This document shows, piece after piece, positions 58,336 through 64,000 of a stretch of 64,000 bases of DNA. A model generated the notes under the pieces. It was not told the origin of the DNA. It saw only the letters and a program-made list of their open reading frames with translations, and did not search any database. The position numbers and the translations under genes are program-made. The stretch spans positions 1,674,001 through 1,738,000 of the forward strand of contig OZ037837.1 in assembly GCA_964035575.1 (NCBI GenBank). The letters run 5' to 3'. This DNA comes from Rhynchopus sp. YZ270_cl-10 (lineage: Eukaryota). Each line of letters starts with the position of its first letter. Position 1 is the stretch's first letter.

Positions 58336-61300
58336 ATGAAATCACACTACCAGTCTAGAACACCATACCATATGGACAGGGGCATGGAGACGTTGAGTCA
58401 TGCTAGCCATGTGTCCGTACCACGTTCGCAGGAACGTGAACGTCTGCGCCATACACGGCGCAGTGATAGCAGAAGCCGTAGCGTCGAATCGTCAGAGCGA
58501 CGCACACACGAGCGTGCGTGGGTGCCCCCCGTAGGGCGTAGGGGACGTAGAGATCAGGACGCAGACCACTCTGCCCTCGAGCGTCTTGGGCAGAATCTTA
58601 GTGAAACAAAAGGCCTTCTTGGGCATCTGAAATGCTTGAGCGGCCAGGGCGACGCCTTTCTTGTCACACGCGACCGAAGCAGAGAGCGGACCACCACGAC
58701 ACACGACACCCTCGAGCGCCTCATGGCACGCTTCCTTGAGGGCGACACCACAAACAGCGGGGGGATTGTGGGTGCCTACGAACGGTGGCAGGCCTTTCTT
58801 GCCACAAGGGTGCGTGAGATCGCCACACTCCAGGACGAGGCGCGCGCTGCCGCCGACACTGCAGAGGTGCAACGCCGCGAGGCGACACGCGGGATGGCTG
58901 CCTACCGCACGCTACGCACCGCACACACAAAGCTCGCCGCCTGCATTGCACCCGACCACCCACCCCTCCCCACACACGACGACCACCACCAAAGCCTTGC
59001 CTCTCTTCTCTCCGACGAGGCTGACGTAGTCGACACACTCCGCTCCTCCGCTGATGCCATGCTTGCAACACTCCGCGACCGCATCCACATGCTTGCCGCA
59101 GAGGTCTCCCGCGCCGACGACACCTACGACCGCGAACGCACCCTGGAAGACCGTGCCGAAGAAGGCCTCGTCGACGTCGCTGCCGCCGTCGACGCACTCC
59201 GCTCCTCCGTTCTCACAAGCAGCGCGCACCGCGAGCCCGCCCTCCTCGACATCGACCCCTCCGAGGTCCGCGACGGCCTTGGCGGCGAGGTCGACCGTCT
59301 CCACGTCATCATCCGCTACATTGAGCACATTGGGTCCATCCACGACAGCACCACTGCGCTCTCCACTGTCTCCCACCTCGAACAAAAGCTCCGCTCTGCA
59401 AACTCCGAGCTTGCAGACCAGCAGACCACTACCAACAACCTTGAGGAATTACTCCACCAACGGACCACTACGTTGAGCAGCACTGAAGCCGAACTTACCT
59501 CCGCGAAGAAGAGAATCACGCAACTCGAAGGCGTCTGCGAGGACGTCCGCGGCCGCAACGACGACGAGCAGGACCACTACGACAGCCTGCTAGCTGAATG
59601 CACCGCCCTCCGAGGGCGCAACGCCAAGCTCCACAGCGAAATCCGCGAGCTCCGCGACGGTGCCAACACCGCCTCCACCGAAGCGCTCTACGATGAAGTC
59701 GACACCCTCACCCGCGAACTCCACCTCCTCCGCGAAACCACCCGACGCTCTGAATCCGAAGCCTCCCACAAAGCCCAACACCTTCTCCAGGAAGAACGCT
59801 CCCTCCGCGAGGCCAGCGACGCCACCGTCGCCTCTCTCCAATCCGAAGTATCCCGCCTCAAGCAAACCCTCGCAGCAAACACACAAAGCGGCGTAGACGA
59901 CCTCTATGACGAAATCTACGCACTCAAACAAGAATTACAACACAAAGACGACCCTCAACGCGACCTTGCAATGGACGACATGGAAGGTGAAATCGTCTAT
60001 TTGAAGGGCGAAATATCACGCCTTGAGCTAAAAGAAGGAGGAGTTGACACACAAAACCGAGAAACGCAGACTGCCGACGATGACGACGACAGCGGCCTCT
60101 TACGTCAACAGCTTGATGACATGACACGCGAGTACGAAGCCATCGCAATGCAGCTGCAACACACCATGGCAGAGTTGGAAGCGACGACCACACAGCTGGA
60201 GGATGTGCGTGAAGGGGATGAATGCGCGCAGTCTGAGGTAGAGGCGTTGTCGCTGAAGCTGCAGGAGATGGAGGACGCGTTGCGTGAACGCGAGGTGCAG
60301 CTGCAGGACGCATACGACGAGCTCAATGGTGACGCTGCGCTGAAGGAGCAGAACGTCGAGCTGACAGAGAAGGTGGTCATCCTCGAGGAGTCGGTACGGT
60401 CGCTGGAGGCGAGGCTGCATGCAATGTCCACGGCACGTCCGCCGCCAGCAGCGGTGCGTAGCAGCAGTGTCCCCAGCATCGAACCCGACGAGCCGCTCCT
60501 GCTCGCAACGTTCCCGGTGGAGCACACGACGCAGCCGGTGCACCGCACGTCGCCGCATGTGCACCGCTCTGCTCCTGTCAAAAAGCGATCCTTCAAACGC
60601 CAAAAATACCCCTTCCTTGGATTGGAGCTTGGATCCCTGAGGGTATGTTTTCAAAGTGCTTTATGGGAGTGGGGGGGGAAAGCGTTAAATGCGGGTTCAA
60701 TTTTAATGTTTGCAACAAAATAAAAATCACCTCACAACAGTCCGACATTGGTGGACATGGGGGCTTGCGTGTGGTGGATGTGCGTGGGCCGTCCCTGGTT
60801 GCGGGGCTGCAGGTGGGTGACATCATAACTGAGGTGGAGGGCACGGTGATTGCCGAACAGGACGACATCCGTGCAGCACTGCGTTCGCACAATGCTGAGG
60901 ACGCGGTGTACCTCAAGCTTATAAGAGAAGACACCCTCTATGAAGTTGACGTGCAGCCTTCGGAGTCCAACATTGCTGTATGTAAATTTTAAAAAACAAA
61001 ATGCCTGCGTCCCGCCGACGAACGGTAAAGTGTCTGCACAACTCTTTTATGTACACTACAAAAAAATTAGAGAATGGGATTCAAAGAGGAACAAAAAAAA
61101 AAACTAAACTAAAAACCCCCCTGACTGATAGTGTGTCTATTTTTGATTGAACGCTAAAAATAAAACAGCCGGGCCAAGGCGCGAAGTACACCACAAAGGT
61201 GCTTGTGAAGCAGAAGCCTATGGCGTACACTACTGCACGCACTGCGCAGTCTGTACATCGGGACCCTTCACCGCAACCGCGTCCTGCACCTGCCAGGTCC

Positions 61301-61732
61301 GTCTCACATATGAACCGACCCAACCACGCAGCAGTAGCAAGGGAACTGTCGGAGCAGGCAGCTCTGATATTCAAGAAGCATCAACTGGTATGGTCAATAT
61401 ATGGGAGAGAGAGAGAGAGAGAGAGAGTATTTTTCAGCTGCATTGTGATGTGTATTATGCATGATGGGCAATTACCACAATGCAGCCACCACTAAGTGAG
61501 GGCCTGGGATGAAGGTACACTTTTCTATCTTCGCTTCAGGAGCTGGTGGGTAGGATGTAAGGAACCCCTAGTTTCGAGTGCGAAACGTTTCTCCATGTGT
61601 GAAACGGGAAAATATACAGAATACCACTTTTTTTTATATTTTCAAAAAACCCCTTCCCCCCCCAAAACCCTTATTTTACTACAGAACGGCACAATACCGT
61701 CGCCCCCCTCGCACGTCAGAAATTTGCGGTGA
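58336..61732 (+). CDS. Long coiled-coil protein with C-terminal PDZ domain. Exons 58336(or 58372)-60642, 60741-60977, 61169-61387, probably 61685-61732
   Basis: Heptad-rich E/L/R region. Splicing reconstitutes PFLGLEL..GGLRVVDVRGPSLVAGLQVGDIITEVEG (PDZ). GTATG donors and CAG acceptors are all in frame; the last exon is less certain. Confidence 0.82.
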
Positions 61733-62686
61733 TTGCGTCTCTGCACCTTTTTGCTGTTGGGTTCTCTCAAAGACACAAACGTCTTTTGGTGCAGTGCTGT
61801 GGTCCTAAAAGGTTTCTGGCCACATCAGCTGCAAATCTATGGGGTTTTCTTTAGGGCAAGACAACCCTTGGAGAAGCAGCGCCCTGATCGTCCATCGATG
61901 AACGGTTAACCGTGCATTTGCTACCTTTAAGTTCTCTCTGTTTGATTTGTGTTTTTTTTTTGTCAGAAATAGACTCTATTCTGTACGCTCGATACGGGGT
62001 AGGGTGGGGGAGGGAAAATACGATGCCGGTTGCATGACACAAAAGAAATGGGAAAAACAAAAGAAAAACAAAACAAAACAAAAACCAGATGAAAGAATTC
62101 CTTCGACGGGGGAAGAGAACGAAAGCTGGAAAAAAAAATGGGGAGGGGAAATGGGTTTCCAAAAAAAACAGAGGGTGAGAAAGCGTTCCTCAACCTCACC
62201 CCCCATTTTTTTTTTTTTTTACTGGTTTTCTTCCTTGCTTTCGTATTTTTTGTTTTCTTTATCTATGTGGATCCCCCCCAGTGAACCGTTAGGGACCCCG
62301 CTCTGCCGTGGCAGTCGTGGTTAGCGTTGTCATGTTTGTCTGTAGCACACAAGTAAGAAGAGAGACTCTAGGTCTCATTGGCGTCTGTTTCTCAAAAGTT
62401 TGGTTGTTGTTCTACTCTTGTGGGTTGCCGTTAAACGGAAGCGCCTCCCCATTTACCACGAAAATCGGCCGGAACATACAGGCTGCACAGATCTCCCCCC
62501 ACTATGTGGCAGTCGAGCCTTGTTACGTGGCTCCCTGGCCTGACTGCGAACTCCGCGCAACCTCACACGAGGTTAACCACGGAGTCAAAAGGAAAAAAAA
62601 AATATGATAAAAAAAAAAAAATTTATAAAGTGCACCCAAGCCCCGGGGCCTGGGCACTTTATAAATTAAAAGGAAAATCAATGATT

Positions 62687-64000
62687 TGTTTTTTTTTGTT
62701 TTTTTTTTTTTGCTTTTTTTTTTTTTTTTTTTTTTTGTTTTTTTTCTGTTTTTTTGTTGTTTTTTTTTTTTTGAAAAGTAAAAAGTATGTTTGAAAGTGT
62801 AACACACGTCTTCGTAGAAGACGGCGTTCCGCACATGTATTGTCTTCGCAACCGTCAGTTGCGCTGGTCGTGGTGCCGCAGGTACATCCTGGGCTTGCTT
62901 TTTGTTCGTGGTTTTTTTTTTTTTTCTTGTCTTTATTGTTTCAAGTTTTGGCCGGCGTCTCCTCAGTAGGTGTTGCTCCGCACGAGTTCAGGCAGGCTGG
63001 CCTCTGTCAGTTTTGCCGCGCTGATGTACTTCAGGCACAACTGGGGTTGCTCTAGCAGTAAGAACTTGAGCGACTTGTTTGGCAGTAGGTCTGTCCTTAG
63101 TGCCTTGGTGGCTGAACACACTTTGAACATGTGTTTCAGTGTCGCCTTTGCTTTTGCCGTGCAGTTGTTGCAGCGTGCCACGTCGTTGCTGCCCATGTAG
63201 TCGAACAGCGCAGGGTGGCGCTCTGTCCGCAGCAGTCTCATCTGCACTGCTCCCCGCCGCGTGAGCTCCGGTGTGCTCAGCTTGGGTCGCGACACTCCCT
63301 TCGGGGTGTCCGCCGTGATCGTGCTGTAGAGTTCGCTCGCCGGTTGGGGTGTGTAGCTGGAGCAGACTGCGCGTATCGCCGCTTTGCACGCGAGGAGCGT
63401 GAGTGGTTCCTCTTGTAGGCGGCCTTTTTGTGATGCCCGTTCTGCTTGGTACGTGGCCGTACCTAACTTGGCTTCGTGGTCCGCTTCCTCATTTCCACTC
63501 ACCCCCACATGTGACGGGATGTACTGCATGATCACCCGCACCTTGGTTGTAGCCCGGTGTAGTGCCGACCACACGTCGCAGAGAAGTCCCGTAGCCTTCA
63601 CCGGACCTGTCTCCAACGCACGTAGTGCTGACTGGCTGTCTGTGAGGATTACCACCGTGTTGTGTTTGTGGTCTGTGCGGTGCAGTTCCTCCACCATCGG
63701 AAGTGCCTCTCTGATGGCCACCAGCTCGGCGGTGTACGATATGCTCATCCGCCCTGCTCCGACGTTGGCTGTCGCTATTTCTTTGTCGCTGTCTCCCGGG
63801 TAGACCACAATGCCTGCACCCCCGTGGCCTCGTCCGCCTTCCACCGACCCGTCTGTGTAGACGTGAAGGTCCGCTGGTGGCAGCTCTGCGATGGTCTGCT
63901 CTGTCAAGCTTCTCGCCTCTGCGTCCGTCTGCGTGCCCTTCTTGAAGCCAGCCACGTAGGGCCGGATGTCGACCTTGGGGAGGACCTCCTTCCAGCGCCA
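62687..64000 (-). mobile_element. 3' end of a non-LTR retrotransposon (RNase H-containing, Ingi/I-group-like) with 3' UTR and A-rich tail
   Basis: RNase H and a C-terminal zinc-knuckle ORF, followed on the minus strand by ~190 nt and a long interrupted poly(A) (T-tract 62687-62772 on +). Confidence 0.8.
62963..64000 (-). CDS. LINE ORF C-terminus: RNase HI domain + CCHC-type knuckle (5' part outside window)
   Basis: VYTDGS, AELVAI, ILTDSQSAL, YIPSHVGVSGNEEADHEAK (D-E-D-D catalytic set); CNNC..TLKHMFKVC. Confidence 0.9.
   Translation of the reverse strand, partial: WRWKEVLPKVDIRPYVAGFKKGTQTDAEARSLTEQTIAELPPADLHVYTDGSVEGGRGHGGAGIVVYPGDSDKEIATANVGAGRMSISYTAELVAIREALPMVEELHRTDHKHNTVVILTDSQSALRALETGPVKATGLLCDVWSALHRATTKVRVIMQYIPSHVGVSGNEEADHEAKLGTATYQAERASQKGRLQEEPLTLLACKAAIRAVCSSYTPQPASELYSTITADTPKGVSRPKLSTPELTRRGAVQMRLLRTERHPALFDYMGSNDVARCNNCTAKAKATLKHMFKVCSATKALRTDLLPNKSLKFLLLEQPQLCLKYISAAKLTEASLPELVRSNTY

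Noticed and set aside
1..64000. rRNA, tRNA, spliced-leader RNA genes, prokaryotic operons or defence islands
   Set aside because: None recognised; the introns, MITEs and LINE show the DNA is eukaryotic.

Overview
Eukaryotic (protist) genomic DNA with spliceosomal GT-AG introns, GC-rich coding blocks and AT/homopolymer-rich intergenic DNA packed with nested non-autonomous transposons. A euglenozoan such as a diplonemid is my best guess; this is inference only, from the gene style, a TATE/DIRS-like tyrosine-recombinase relic and an RNase H-bearing Ingi/I-like LINE. The main feature is an immune-like, ADP-ribosylation-centred gene neighbourhood. It has (i) two tandem copies of a giant protein combining a Dpy-30/RIIa-like docking motif, a WWE-like motif, an R-S-E ADP-ribosyltransferase (ART), LRR/ankyrin pieces, a degenerate second ART and a C-terminal macrodomain-like region completed by a spliced last exon; (ii) a predicted N-myristoylated Ank-ART-NACHT-pentapeptide-WD40 NLR-like protein with an intact R/STT/ExE motif; (iii) a ubiquitin-like + 25-aa-LRR protein ending in a CaaX box, which shares a ~340-bp upstream module with the giant ART gene; and (iv) an ankyrin-repeat protein. 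The window also holds three ordinary spliced genes (a hypothetical protein, a mucin-stalk type I membrane protein and a coiled-coil/PDZ protein), many hAT-like/TA-type MITEs with TIRs and TSDs, two tyrosine-recombinase relics, a 1.9-kb (TACTG)n satellite and the 3' end of a LINE. All domain calls are motif recognition by eye, not database searches.
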